A stretch of DNA of 64,000 bases from Bdellovibrionales bacterium (GCA_031426555.1 JANPLN010000062.1:1-64000); one strand, 5' to 3'. Counted from the first letter of the stretch, positions 9,540 to 19,506 are shown. The notes: generated by a model from the letters alone, not told the origin. A program made the numbers and translations.

Positions 9540-9572
9540 TGACGCGGTTCCGCCGGTAAAGGTACTTGGTAC
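9540..9572 (+). repeat. Direct repeat B, copy 2 (just 3' of the flagellar operon; includes aaaggtac-ttg-gtaccttt hairpin)
   Basis: 33 bp identical to 7532-7564. Confidence 0.95.
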
Positions 9573-9575
9573 CTT

Positions 9576-10076
9576 TTAGTGGAGGACCATTTCGTTGCCG
9601 TTTTCGATTTTGCGTTGGCGGGTGTGGTTGGTTTCTACGTAGAAAAGATCGTCGTCGGGGTTTGGATACAATGCCGTGAGGATAAATCCCTTTAAAAGAT
9701 AAGAATAGAGTAATCCGTAGATTGCGAGGCTGGCGTTTGCGGCCATTTTTTCGGGAGCCCCTGAAAGAGCACTGATAATTCCGATGCACATGAGCAGCCA
9801 TCCGGAAATCCCGAAAACGCGATCCCATTGACTGACTAAATGCATTTTAAAGTCATTATCCATGGACCAAAAGCGAAAGCCGGCAAACCCAAACTTCATA
9901 AAAATCAAACTTACACTGAGGGCCATCATGTAGCCTAAATATTCGGCTGCGACCATGGGATCGATCTCGATGTACATCGAAACAAGATAACCAACGACAC
10001 CTGCTGCAAGAGCAAAGCCTACGAAAAAACGAATCACAGTGGAGCCTCCAGGAATAACGTCTCTCATTCTTGCCAT
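9576..10076 (-). CDS. Four-TM membrane protein, divergent MotA/ExbB-like; translationally coupled to fliA
   Basis: TAATG overlap with fliA; GWLLMCIGIISAL...MAANASLAIYGLLYSYLL resembles MotA TM3-TM4. Confidence 0.5.
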   Translation of the reverse strand: MARMRDVIPGGSTVIRFFVGFALAAGVVGYLVSMYIEIDPMVAAEYLGYMMALSVSLIFMKFGFAGFRFWSMDNDFKMHLVSQWDRVFGISGWLLMCIGIISALSGAPEKMAANASLAIYGLLYSYLLKGFILTALYPNPDDDLFYVETNHTRQRKIENGNEMVLH

Positions 10077-10861
10077 TACGAAGCCTCCAAGTCACGGTTT
10101 TGAAATGCATTGTTTAACTTAGCGCGTAGGCGAACAATGGCCTGTGCGTGGAGCTGCGATACCCGACTCTCCGTCACGCGAAGAACGCGGCCAATCTCTT
10201 TGAGGTTGAGGTCCTCGTAGTAGTAGAGCGAGAGCACTAATCTTTGACGCTCCGGTAACTCCTCAATAGCTTTAGTAATAATGTCTTTTAAAAATTTAAC
10301 ATCGAGCTGGTTTTGCGGATTATTAAATTTGCAGCCATCTAAAATATGTAATATCGATTTTTTATCAACGCTACTAAAAGTGGGCGCCTCGTCGATGGAA
10401 ACCACGCTCACTGGGCGCACTTCGTTAACCAGCTCATGCAAGTCGTCGACGCTCATTTTTAAATGCTCGGCGATCTCTTCATCTTTTGGCGTACGGCCAA
10501 GGGAAATTTCTAAATCCATAACGGCGCGATCGAGCATCTTTGATTTATCGCGAACCGACCGCGGCACCCAGTCCTGGGCGCGCAATTCATCGAGAATAGC
10601 ACCGCGAATACGAAACTCTGCGTAGGTTTTAAATTTGTTGTCGCGAGTGGGATCGTATTTATCGATGGCATCCATCAAACCAATAACACCACTGGAAATC
10701 AAATCATCCAGTTCGATGTTGGATGGTAACCGAGCGGCAATTTTCTGCGCAACGAATTTGATCAACGGAGCGTATTCAACGATCAGTTTATCTTTTTCCT
10801 TGGGTGAAATTTTGTTGCCTTCTTCTTTGTACTTTTTTAACAACGGATTGGACATGTTCAC
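10076..10861 (-). CDS. fliA: Sigma-28 FliA/WhiG
   Basis: DDLISSGVIGLMDAI, RIRGAILDELRAQDWVPRS, VTESRVSQLH. Confidence 0.97.
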   Translation of the reverse strand: MNMSNPLLKKYKEEGNKISPKEKDKLIVEYAPLIKFVAQKIAARLPSNIELDDLISSGVIGLMDAIDKYDPTRDNKFKTYAEFRIRGAILDELRAQDWVPRSVRDKSKMLDRAVMDLEISLGRTPKDEEIAEHLKMSVDDLHELVNEVRPVSVVSIDEAPTFSSVDKKSILHILDGCKFNNPQNQLDVKFLKDIITKAIEELPERQRLVLSLYYYEDLNLKEIGRVLRVTESRVSQLHAQAIVRLRAKLNNAFQNRDLEAS

Positions 10862-10901
10862 CTTTACCAGTCACCTTTGATGTTTTCTTATTCTACCAAA
10901 T

Positions 10902-10928
10902 TTATCGCGTTTGAGAAGTTGGACTCGA
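10902..10928 (-). promoter_or_regulatory. Possible autoregulatory sigma28 promoter of fliA
   Basis: TCGA-N15-CGCGATAA versus consensus TAAA-N15-GCCGATAA. Confidence 0.4.
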
Positions 10929-10929
10929 C

Positions 10930-11742
10930 TCAAGCAATATCCAAGACCTGATTCCAAAAAAACTGCATACCACCCTGAATTTCCCTGGTGCTCGAAGATT
11001 TCTCAATTGTACTCGCTATTTGCTTCAGACACAGACTCGACGAAGAGGTAGGCGCCATTGTCGTGATAAGCTCCTGCTGATGCGTGGCCTGTCTCATTTT
11101 GAGATCAAACGGGATGTAACCACCATAGTGCAGCGACATATTTAAAAACTTGGCAGCCACCGAGTTGATACGATTGTAAAGATGCAACCCCTCTTGTTCG
11201 TTGAGCACCAAGTTGCTAATCACCGTGATATTTTTTGTGCGGTAGCGTTGGTTGAGCAATTTGATCAGGGCATAGGAATCTGTAAGACTGGAAGGGTCTG
11301 GTTGCACCACCACAAACACGTCTTGTGCGGCACTGCTCAGATAAAGCACATCATCAGAAATTCCAGAAGCTGTATCGATAAGCAAGTAATCGTAGTCTTC
11401 TTCGAGCTGGCTCACGCCGTCTAAAATCATCTTTTTTTGAAAGGCATCCAACTGAGTCATTTCGAAAATCCCGCTGGCGCCTGGCAAAATATGAATGTTG
11501 CGCGATTGTTTAACTATGACTTCAGACATTGTCGAGTCACCTTTTAAAAAATCACTCACCGAGGACTTTGCTGAACTTTTTAAAAATATATCAACATTGG
11601 CTAAGCTCATATCCCCGTCGAGAATTAAAACTTTTTTGCCCATCGCTGCTAAACAGTTTGCAAGATTCACCGTGATTGTGGTTTTTCCGACTCCACCTTT
11701 ACCTGATGTCACGCTGATCGTGCGAATTGATTTTTCCTTCAT
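10930..11742 (-). CDS. flhG: MinD-like ATPase FlhG/FleN
   Basis: SGKGGVGKTT deviant Walker A; lies between flhF and fliA. Confidence 0.92.
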   Translation of the reverse strand: MKEKSIRTISVTSGKGGVGKTTITVNLANCLAAMGKKVLILDGDMSLANVDIFLKSSAKSSVSDFLKGDSTMSEVIVKQSRNIHILPGASGIFEMTQLDAFQKKMILDGVSQLEEDYDYLLIDTASGISDDVLYLSSAAQDVFVVVQPDPSSLTDSYALIKLLNQRYRTKNITVISNLVLNEQEGLHLYNRINSVAAKFLNMSLHYGGYIPFDLKMRQATHQQELITTMAPTSSSSLCLKQIASTIEKSSSTREIQGGMQFFWNQVLDIA

Positions 11743-13124
11743 GTATCACCCTTTGCTTTTGATAGTTTAAAAATGCAATCTAAGACGCGTTCGCGAGAGG
11801 ACCATTCAAAATCTTCGGGGATCATTGGTCCTAAACCAAACGCGAAGTACGGAGCGGCGATTTGTTTTTGCAAGTTCACCAGCACTCCATGTTTTCTGAG
11901 CTGATCAATATTGGTCATAATAAAATCGTGAAACTGCACGGAGCGAAAACGACGGGCGTAAGAGAACATCTCTTCGTCCTTCATCATCGCCGAGAGCACC
12001 AAGTGAATGCGAATGTTTCCAAGCTCATACGGGATGTGCGCTTTGAGATGATCAATTTCGTTCATCTGCACCAGCGACTGCCCCTCGGTGTCGATAAGAA
12101 CGTAGTCTACTTTTTCCATGTAGCGTAAGTACTGATTGATATCTTCGCCCTTTTTCCAAATGGCGAAGGGCACATTTAAAATTTGCGCGTAGATGCGCAG
12201 TTGCTCCACCGCACCCACTTTGTTGTTGTCGGCAGAGATAATCCCAATGCGCTTTTTTTCTTTTAACACCAAATGACTTGCCATTTTCACCAAGGTTGAT
12301 GTTTTGCCAACACCTCGGGGACCGACAAAAACATGATACCGCGATGAAAGCTTTTCTTTCACGATGTCCACAGTGGAATACATCCACTTGGCCACCCAGG
12401 CTTCGAGGAGACCCTTTTTCTTTACGTTTTCCTTGAGTTGCAGATGGGCGTTTTTCATAAGTTCAACAACGAGTTTCTCGTCGATGCCTTCGCCCACCAG
12501 TCGTTCGAACATGGCACTCGTATCTTGCGAAATGCCGTGACGAGCTCCGGGGTACATGGCCTGTGAATTGGCGGCCACTGCTTTGGGCTCTGACCCTCGG
12601 CTTTGTAACATTTCCTGCAGGCGCTTGATTTCATTTTTAAGCTCGTCGATCTTGCCAATGTCGAACTTAGGAGCCGGAGCTGTAATTGCGGTTGTTTGCA
12701 CCTGCTTGGGCTTGGACTGCAAAATCGTATTTCGCATCTTCGGTTTGATCACTTCGAAGCGCTCTTCTTCAAAATCCTCTTCGGGAATGGACGCATAATT
12801 TCGCTCTTCAAGGACGCGGCGTTTTTCCGTGATTTTATCGTTCAACGTCGAATAGGCCTGATTGATAAATTGTCTTTGCACCCGGGCCGATTTTTGTGAA
12901 AGCCGGGTTAAATCTTTTTGCGATAGGTTTTGCTCCACCGTGCGCTTTCGGTTGAGGGTTTCTTCTGCCACAGCGGCCGTGATCAAAACTTTGCGTGGAG
13001 AGTTCGCTCCCATGTGTTTTTGGGTTTCTTTGGTGGATAAGATAATGGCATCAGGGCCCAAATCCTTTTTGACCATATCCACGGCCTCTTTAATTGTTGT
13101 GGCCTCGTATTTTCTAACCTGCAT
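11739..13124 (-). CDS. flhF: SRP-family GTPase FlhF
   Basis: N-terminal VKKDLGPDAIILS; GPRGVGKTST; VGAVEQLRIYA; G..IPEDF. Confidence 0.92.
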   Translation of the reverse strand: MQVRKYEATTIKEAVDMVKKDLGPDAIILSTKETQKHMGANSPRKVLITAAVAEETLNRKRTVEQNLSQKDLTRLSQKSARVQRQFINQAYSTLNDKITEKRRVLEERNYASIPEEDFEEERFEVIKPKMRNTILQSKPKQVQTTAITAPAPKFDIGKIDELKNEIKRLQEMLQSRGSEPKAVAANSQAMYPGARHGISQDTSAMFERLVGEGIDEKLVVELMKNAHLQLKENVKKKGLLEAWVAKWMYSTVDIVKEKLSSRYHVFVGPRGVGKTSTLVKMASHLVLKEKKRIGIISADNNKVGAVEQLRIYAQILNVPFAIWKKGEDINQYLRYMEKVDYVLIDTEGQSLVQMNEIDHLKAHIPYELGNIRIHLVLSAMMKDEEMFSYARRFRSVQFHDFIMTNIDQLRKHGVLVNLQKQIAAPYFAFGLGPMIPEDFEWSSRERVLDCIFKLSKAKGDT

Positions 13125-15210
13125 ATGGAACCTCCACGACCCCTACTGAAGACACTTGCGCCTGAGTCGAAATTTCTCCATGAGAAAGTACAACCAACTG
13201 CGGAATAAACTTATGAGTGATTCTAAAAACATGACGACGAACCGTTGGACTGGTCAACAAGATCGGCTGACTCGCAACTTCGGGATGCTCTTCGATCATG
13301 TCGGCGATTTGCAGAACGATTTTTTGCATTCTTTGCGCATCCATGGCCAGTTGAATTCCCTGCTCGGTTTGGATCAGCGATTGAATAATTTCTTCTTCGA
13401 TGTTGGAACTCAACGTCATCACTTGAATCACGCCACCGTCATCCATGTATTTGGCGGTGATTCCACGGGCCAGGCGCTTGCGCACCGACTCTGTGAGCTG
13501 CTCCACATCTTTGGTACGCGAGGCTTCGTCGGCCAAGGCTTCAAAAATGGTCAACATATCGCGAATCGAAATCTGTTCTTTAAGCAAACCTTGGAGAATC
13601 CGCACCACGCTGCCCAAAGGAAGAAGATCGGGAATAAGATCTTCCACCACTTTCGGATACGCTTTTTTAAAGTTTTCGATAAGACTGCTGGCCTCTTGGC
13701 GACCGAACAGTTCAAAAGCATGCGAACGCAAGATCTCGGTGATATGAGTGGCCATAACTGTTGGCAAATCCACCACGGTGTAACCGTAAAGTTCGGCTTC
13801 TTCTTTTTGTGACTTGGTAATCCACAGTGCATCCAAACCGAACGCTGGCTCTTTGGTTTTAACGCCTTCCATTTTGCGGCTCACGCCGCCTGGATCCATG
13901 GCCAAGAAACACTCGGCTTTGAGATCACCCTGCGCCACCTTGTTGCCTTTGATCAAAATTCGATATTCACCAGGTTTCAACTGCAAGTTGTCGCGAATGT
14001 GCACCGGAGGAATAATCACTCCCAGATCCATGGCGAATTGTTTGCGAATACTCACAATACGTTCGAGCAAGTCACCGCTCTCATGGGACTCAACAACATT
14101 AATAAGTCCATAGCCCACTTCCACTTCCACAAGATCCAGGGGCAAAAGATTTTCGATGCTTTCGGGTTTTGGTCTTTGCAAATCATCGATGCGTTTTTGA
14201 TTTTCTTTTTCGTCTTTGTTCTTTGCATTGGTTTGCGTGACGTAACCGATACCACCTAAAATAAAAGCAACGGTTAAAAAAGGAACTGTTGGAAGCCCGG
14301 GGATCAAACCCATGGAGCCCACAATGCCGGCCGCTGCCATCACTGCGCGCGGATTAAAGAACAATTGAGCTGCGATGTCTTGACCGATACTCGATTTAGA
14401 ACTGTTTTTAGTGACGACCGTACCAGCCGCAGTGGAAATGATCAGCGCTGGCAATTGGCTCACTAAGCCGTCCCCGATGGTGAGCTGAGTGTAAAAATCC
14501 GCAGCGGTGGCAAGATCCAACCCTTTTTGCAAAACCCCAATGGCCAAACCACCGATGATATTGATTAACATAATAAAGATGCCCGCAACGGCATCACCAC
14601 GAACGAACTTGGAGGCACCATCCATGGCTCCGTAAAAATCGGCTTCGGCTTCAATTCGCTTTCGACGGGTTCGCGCTTGCTCTTCGTTAATCAAGCCGGC
14701 GTTGAGGTCTGCATCAATTGACATTTGTTTTCCAGGCAACGCATCTAAGGTGAAGCGTGCCGCAACTTCTGCGATTCGACCAGAACCTTTGGTGATCACC
14801 ACAAAGTTGATCACAACGAGAATAATAAAAACCACAAGCCCAATGGCGTAGTTGTTACCCACCACGATACTGGCAAAAGCGTGGATCACTTGTCCCGCTG
14901 CCGCGTGACCGTTATGGCCTTCAGTTAAAATCAAACGCGTGGAAGCTACGTTGAGAGCCAGTCGGAATAACGTCGAAATCAAAAGTAAAGATGGAAAAAC
15001 GCTAAAATCTAGGACTTGGTTGGTGTAAAGAGCCACTAAGAGAATCAACAAACTAAAGGTGATCGACAGCGTGAGCGCCATATCGAGCAAAATCGATGGC
15101 AGCGGAATCATCATCACAACCAAAATGCCAATCAAGGCCACTGCGACCAAGAGATCCATATTTTTTGTGTATTTTTCGAATCGATTTAGAAAGTTTAGTA
15201 TTTGTTCCAT
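13114..15210 (-). CDS. flhA: Flagellar export gate protein FlhA
   Basis: RIAEVAARFTLDALPGKQMSIDADL, FYGAMDGASKFVRGDA. Confidence 0.98.
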   Translation of the reverse strand: MEQILNFLNRFEKYTKNMDLLVAVALIGILVVMMIPLPSILLDMALTLSITFSLLILLVALYTNQVLDFSVFPSLLLISTLFRLALNVASTRLILTEGHNGHAAAGQVIHAFASIVVGNNYAIGLVVFIILVVINFVVITKGSGRIAEVAARFTLDALPGKQMSIDADLNAGLINEEQARTRRKRIEAEADFYGAMDGASKFVRGDAVAGIFIMLINIIGGLAIGVLQKGLDLATAADFYTQLTIGDGLVSQLPALIISTAAGTVVTKNSSKSSIGQDIAAQLFFNPRAVMAAAGIVGSMGLIPGLPTVPFLTVAFILGGIGYVTQTNAKNKDEKENQKRIDDLQRPKPESIENLLPLDLVEVEVGYGLINVVESHESGDLLERIVSIRKQFAMDLGVIIPPVHIRDNLQLKPGEYRILIKGNKVAQGDLKAECFLAMDPGGVSRKMEGVKTKEPAFGLDALWITKSQKEEAELYGYTVVDLPTVMATHITEILRSHAFELFGRQEASSLIENFKKAYPKVVEDLIPDLLPLGSVVRILQGLLKEQISIRDMLTIFEALADEASRTKDVEQLTESVRKRLARGITAKYMDDGGVIQVMTLSSNIEEEIIQSLIQTEQGIQLAMDAQRMQKIVLQIADMIEEHPEVASQPILLTSPTVRRHVFRITHKFIPQLVVLSHGEISTQAQVSSVGVVEVPYAG

Positions 15211-15211
15211 A

Positions 15212-16285
15212 TTATCTCAACAGCCTCTTTCTTTTCATGCGAAAGACGTAAGCTAAAATTTCGGCCACAGCTGCAAACAGTTCGCGCGGTATGACTTGGC
15301 CCACCTCAACGGTTTTAAACATTGTTCGTGCTAAAGGCTTGTTTTCCACGATGGGAATATTGTGTTGCATAGCCATTTCGCGAATGCGCGTGGCCACATA
15401 GTCTTGCCCCTTAGCTAACATAATGGGCGCCGCAAATTTTTCGGGGGCGTATTTTAAAGCGATGGCAATGTGAGTTGGATTGGTGATGATCACGTCGGCT
15501 TTCGGTACGTCCGCCATCATTCGGCGCTGCGAAACTTCTTTTTGAATTTTGCGAATTCGCGCCTTAATCAGCGGGTCCCCTTCTCGGGTCTTCATCTCGT
15601 CGCGGATTTCTTGTTTTGTCATTTTCATTTGCTCTTCGAGCTGATAGCGCTGAACAAAATAATCCGACACCGCAATGAGCGTGAGGATGATTCCAACACC
15701 AATCATGATATCAAAAATCATTTTGCCCGAAAAAGTAAGAATCTCTCCCGGAGCTAAGTATACAAGCCGAGGAATCACATCCACTGCACCTGCGAGCACA
15801 TGGTAAGCGGCATAGGAAATCACTGCGAGCTTCAACATCGACTTGGCACCCTCGATGAGCGATTTCCAAGAGAACATTCTTTTTAAGCCTTCCAAGGGAT
15901 TTATTTTTTCGAAGTTTGGCGAAATGGCGTCTTCGCTAACCAAAAAACCAACCTGCAACACACTGGACGCTATTGAAAATATAAAACACAGAGCAAAGAT
16001 AGGTCCCAGCACAAAAAAGGTCGAGATTCCCAAGTGCCTAAACATGGCAAACATAGAGTCTTTGCTCATTTCGCCGGGAGTGATGTAATCATAAACGGAT
16101 TTGTAAGAACCCATCATTTGTTGCATAAAAAACGAACCCAAAAGCGCAAAGGCCAAGCCGAATCCCAAAAGCGACAGCACCGGCGCAAGCTCGCGCGTTT
16201 GCGCAATTTGGCCCCGACGACGAAAATCATCTCGTCTCTGCTGCGTGGCCTCTTCGGTACGTTCCTGCTCGCTATAATCTGCCAT
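15212..16285 (-). CDS. flhB: Flagellar export switch protein FlhB
   Basis: ERTEEAT; EGDPLIK; NPTH autocleavage site. Confidence 0.98.
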   Translation of the reverse strand: MADYSEQERTEEATQQRRDDFRRRGQIAQTRELAPVLSLLGFGLAFALLGSFFMQQMMGSYKSVYDYITPGEMSKDSMFAMFRHLGISTFFVLGPIFALCFIFSIASSVLQVGFLVSEDAISPNFEKINPLEGLKRMFSWKSLIEGAKSMLKLAVISYAAYHVLAGAVDVIPRLVYLAPGEILTFSGKMIFDIMIGVGIILTLIAVSDYFVQRYQLEEQMKMTKQEIRDEMKTREGDPLIKARIRKIQKEVSQRRMMADVPKADVIITNPTHIAIALKYAPEKFAAPIMLAKGQDYVATRIREMAMQHNIPIVENKPLARTMFKTVEVGQVIPRELFAAVAEILAYVFRMKRKRLLR

Positions 16286-16291
16286 ACATCC

Positions 16292-17068
16292 TTATACGGT
16301 TTTCAAAAAACTAAAAAACTGATCCACAAAAATTCCCAGGCTCACTCCCAGCTGGTCCACTAAAAACGGCATGGACAAAATCAGCACGGCAATTCCCGCC
16401 AGCGCATTGATTGGCATACTTGTAACCAGGACGTTAATCTGAGGTACAGCCCGGCCAACAATTGCCAATGAAATGTTAATGAGCAAGATTGAGACCAACA
16501 CCGGTGAGGCTAGCTGAAACCCCAAAACAATCACGTCTGTGCCAATTAAACTGATTTGAGCAAAAGACTTTCCATCTAACGTCCAGCTATAGATCGGTGC
16601 AACGTCATAACTCTGCACCAGTCCAGTCAAAAACATATGATGACCATCTACCAGTAAAAAAAACAAAGTGGCGAGCCCGTAGTAAAGGGTATCCAAAGGG
16701 GTTGCAGACATTTGAAACGTGGGATTGAACAACTGCGCCGACGAAATCCCCAGCGACGTGGAGACCAAATCTGCCATCATCTGAATCATGTAAAAGAACA
16801 TGTAGGACACCTGCGCAAGGGCTAAGCCGATGAACACTTCTTTGCCTACGTAAAATATGAGTTGCGAGTAAGACGTAAAAACGTGCTTAAAGTCGGCTTT
16901 GAGAATGGGGTACAGGGAGATCGTGATTAAAAACGACAACAGCACTTTCAGGGGCGCTGGCACGTTGAGGCCGCCAAACACGGGCCAAGTGACCAAGAAG
17001 GCACTCATTCTTGCCAAGATCAAAAGAAATGCAAAGGCTTCAATTTCAAACAGATTGAGAACGTTCAA
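16292..17068 (-). CDS. fliR: FliR
   Basis: Multi-TM; DGHH; RAVPQINV; operon position. Confidence 0.95.
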   Translation of the reverse strand: MNVLNLFEIEAFAFLLILARMSAFLVTWPVFGGLNVPAPLKVLLSFLITISLYPILKADFKHVFTSYSQLIFYVGKEVFIGLALAQVSYMFFYMIQMMADLVSTSLGISSAQLFNPTFQMSATPLDTLYYGLATLFFLLVDGHHMFLTGLVQSYDVAPIYSWTLDGKSFAQISLIGTDVIVLGFQLASPVLVSILLINISLAIVGRAVPQINVLVTSMPINALAGIAVLILSMPFLVDQLGVSLGIFVDQFFSFLKTV

Positions 17069-17079
17069 ACAAAACCTCG

Positions 17080-17355
17080 CTACTGAGTTCGGACGATATC
17101 TCCAACGCTTTCAAAAATCTCGATGGTAAACCCTTTGAGAGTATCTAACATCCAAGGACCAGCGAGGATAATAATCAAAGTGACAACGATCATCTTGGGA
17201 ATAAACGTGAGAGTGGCTTCGTTGATCTGAGTGATCGCTTGAAACACACTCACCAAAATCCCAATGACTAAAGCCCCAAGTAACATGGGCGAGGAAACCA
17301 GTGCGATGGTTTTTAAGGTGCTCGTACTTAAATTGATAATCATATCTTCATTCAT
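17080..17355 (-). CDS. fliQ: FliQ
   Basis: QAITQINEATLTFIPK. Confidence 0.97.
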   Translation of the reverse strand: MNEDMIINLSTSTLKTIALVSSPMLLGALVIGILVSVFQAITQINEATLTFIPKMIVVTLIIILAGPWMLDTLKGFTIEIFESVGDIVRTQ

Positions 17356-17358
17356 GCA

Positions 17359-18111
17359 TCACCCAAAGCTCTTAACCATCGAGCCGACAATCAAACTCCA
17401 TCCATCCACTAAAACAAAAATCATAATCTTAAATGGCAGGGAGATAACCACTGGCGGCAACATCATCATCCCCAGCGCCATCAAAACACTGGCCACGATC
17501 ATATCGATCACCAAGAACGGCAGATAAATAATAAAGCCGATTTGAAAGGCCGTTTTTAATTCCGAAATCACAAATGCGGGGATAAGAACAGTGGTTGGTA
17601 CGTCAGCGCGGGTTTTTGGGTTATTGACTTTAGAGAGTCGTAAAAACAGCTCTAAATCGGCGCCGCGGGTTTGCGAAAACATAAATTTACGAAGCGGCAC
17701 AAGCGCTTTTTCGATGGCGAGCTCTTGTTTCATTTGCCCGTTCACATAGGGCTGTAGCGCTTCGGTATTGATCTTTTCAAAAACCGGCTGCATGATAAAA
17801 AACGTTAAAAATAACGACATCCCCACCAAAAGTTGGTTCGGTGGCATCTGCTGAGTGCCCAAGGCTTGTCTTAAAAACGAAAATACAATAATTAAACGGG
17901 TAAAGCTGGTCATCAATATTAAGATGGCAGGGGCCAAGGTTAAAATTGTGAGCAGAATTAAAATTTGAATCGATGACACAATCTCTTGCGGATTGTTTGT
18001 GGACTTCATCGAAAAGTTCACCGAAGGCACAGTCACATTGGACTGCGCCAAGGCCCACGAAGAGGCTCCCAAAATCAAGAGCATTAAAGGCAGCTTACAT
18101 ATCTGTTTCAT
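17359..18111 (-). CDS. fliP: FliP
   Basis: MTSFTR, QQMPPNQ, SELKTAFQIGF, GMMMLPP, VDGW. Confidence 0.98.
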   Translation of the reverse strand: MKQICKLPLMLLILGASSWALAQSNVTVPSVNFSMKSTNNPQEIVSSIQILILLTILTLAPAILILMTSFTRLIIVFSFLRQALGTQQMPPNQLLVGMSLFLTFFIMQPVFEKINTEALQPYVNGQMKQELAIEKALVPLRKFMFSQTRGADLELFLRLSKVNNPKTRADVPTTVLIPAFVISELKTAFQIGFIIYLPFLVIDMIVASVLMALGMMMLPPVVISLPFKIMIFVLVDGWSLIVGSMVKSFG

Positions 18112-19189
18112 CGATATACTTTCTTTTTTGGAAAATCTTTTTAACGTCGCTCAAAGAGGATACTGAAAATGAATCTTCAATTTCCTGCGCCTGGCTATCA
18201 AAGTTATTGGCAACATTATTAGATCGCGCGTCCATACGCTTGACCGCTGTTTTAAAGTCTTGCGGATCGAGATCCGGGAGTTCATCGTCGATGACAGAAA
18301 GTTGTTTGATTAAGGAAATATTATGATCCGTTACACCGAGGAGTAAATACTCGCCCGACACTCTCACAAGGGTGAGCTGTCGTTTTGGGCCTAAATACTT
18401 TTGCGATACCACTTTGATCGAGTCATGATTAAAAGCCGCACCTGATTTTTTCTCTTTGAGTTTTTTGTTTATAAGAAACAACGAACCCATTAAAACCAGC
18501 AGGGCCATAAAGCCTGCCGCCATGCGACCCATTCCCGAGGTAGAAGTCACTTCGGCCTTGGCATTTTTTGCTTTTAAAGGAATTTCTTTTTCTTCTTTGG
18601 TGTCGTCCATCTTACCGTCCGCAGCCATTTCTTGCTCAAGACTTTTCGCTGTGGAAGCCAAAGGCGTATTGCTTTCCGTTTCCGAAGGTTCCATGGAGAG
18701 TACGCTTTTTTGTGCAATATGATCTTGCATCATAGCCATGGACTCTTTTTTAACATCGTACATGCGGCTGAGCTCTTTAATATTATGGGGAAGAACGGCC
18801 ACCGAGCTGTCTAACACCATGGTGAGCTTGTTATTGTCTTTTAAAAACCGCACTTGCTCGTGGTAGTTTGAAGCCACCTTTTCGTTATTTAAATTAATGC
18901 GAATTCGCAAACCCTTTTGATCGGGTTGCGAGGCATAGATGTTGTTGATGTCGGCTTCGCCCACATCCACAAATATTTTGTCTTTTTTAATTTGCACACC
19001 AGCCAAATCCCACTCGATCGTCCGACGCATAAATCGCGCTTCGATCTGATCCTGGTTCACCTCTTGAGCCATATCCATATGAATCATAGTGGCTGTTCCT
19101 TTGTGCTCGACCTGAATGCTCTTCAGCGTATTCAAGTCGGCAGCAAGGGCCTGCATACAAAAGTTTAGAATCAAACTCGCGATCATCAT
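18095..19189 (-). CDS. fliO: FliO with a large periplasmic N-terminal domain
   Basis: Signal peptide, about 200 aa soluble region, TM, then IKVVSQKYLGPKRQLTLVRVSGEYLLLGVT. Confidence 0.88.
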   Translation of the reverse strand: MMIASLILNFCMQALAADLNTLKSIQVEHKGTATMIHMDMAQEVNQDQIEARFMRRTIEWDLAGVQIKKDKIFVDVGEADINNIYASQPDQKGLRIRINLNNEKVASNYHEQVRFLKDNNKLTMVLDSSVAVLPHNIKELSRMYDVKKESMAMMQDHIAQKSVLSMEPSETESNTPLASTAKSLEQEMAADGKMDDTKEEKEIPLKAKNAKAEVTSTSGMGRMAAGFMALLVLMGSLFLINKKLKEKKSGAAFNHDSIKVVSQKYLGPKRQLTLVRVSGEYLLLGVTDHNISLIKQLSVIDDELPDLDPQDFKTAVKRMDARSNNVANNFDSQAQEIEDSFSVSSLSDVKKIFQKRKYIDETDM

Positions 19190-19506
19190 TTGAGTTGCTC
19201 CACGCGTTCTTTTGGCGAAATCACATCTGTTAAACGAACACCAAATTTATCATTCACCACAACCGCTTCGCCTTTAGCGATGAGCTTGTCGTTGACGTAA
19301 ATTTCCATGGCCTCGCCCGCAAGCTTATTGAGCTCGATCACGCTGCCCTGGCCAAGATTGAGCAAATCGCTCACCACAATTTTGGTTCGGCCAAGTTCGG
19401 CTGTGAGCTTAAGTGGAATATCCAATATCATATTGATATTGGGCTCGCCCCCGCTCACTTCGTGCAAATGGCTTTCCCCGGATTCTTTTTTTGCTGCCTC
19501 TGTCAT
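19186..19506 (-). CDS. fliN: FliN
   Basis: ILDIPLKLTAELGRT...GEAVVVNDKFGVR. Confidence 0.97.
   Translation of the reverse strand: MTEAAKKESGESHLHEVSGGEPNINMILDIPLKLTAELGRTKIVVSDLLNLGQGSVIELNKLAGEAMEIYVNDKLIAKGEAVVVNDKFGVRLTDVISPKERVEQLK

Noticed and set aside
6670..9572. Integron cassette array or CRISPR array
   Set aside because: No integrase, no attC RYYYAAC/GTTRRRY ends, cargo on both strands, and repeats are not regularly spaced
9409..9828. 139-aa minus ORF and other shadow ORFs (e.g. 13156..13812, 21454..22173)
   Set aside because: They overlap well-supported genes in other frames and have no motifs or RBS
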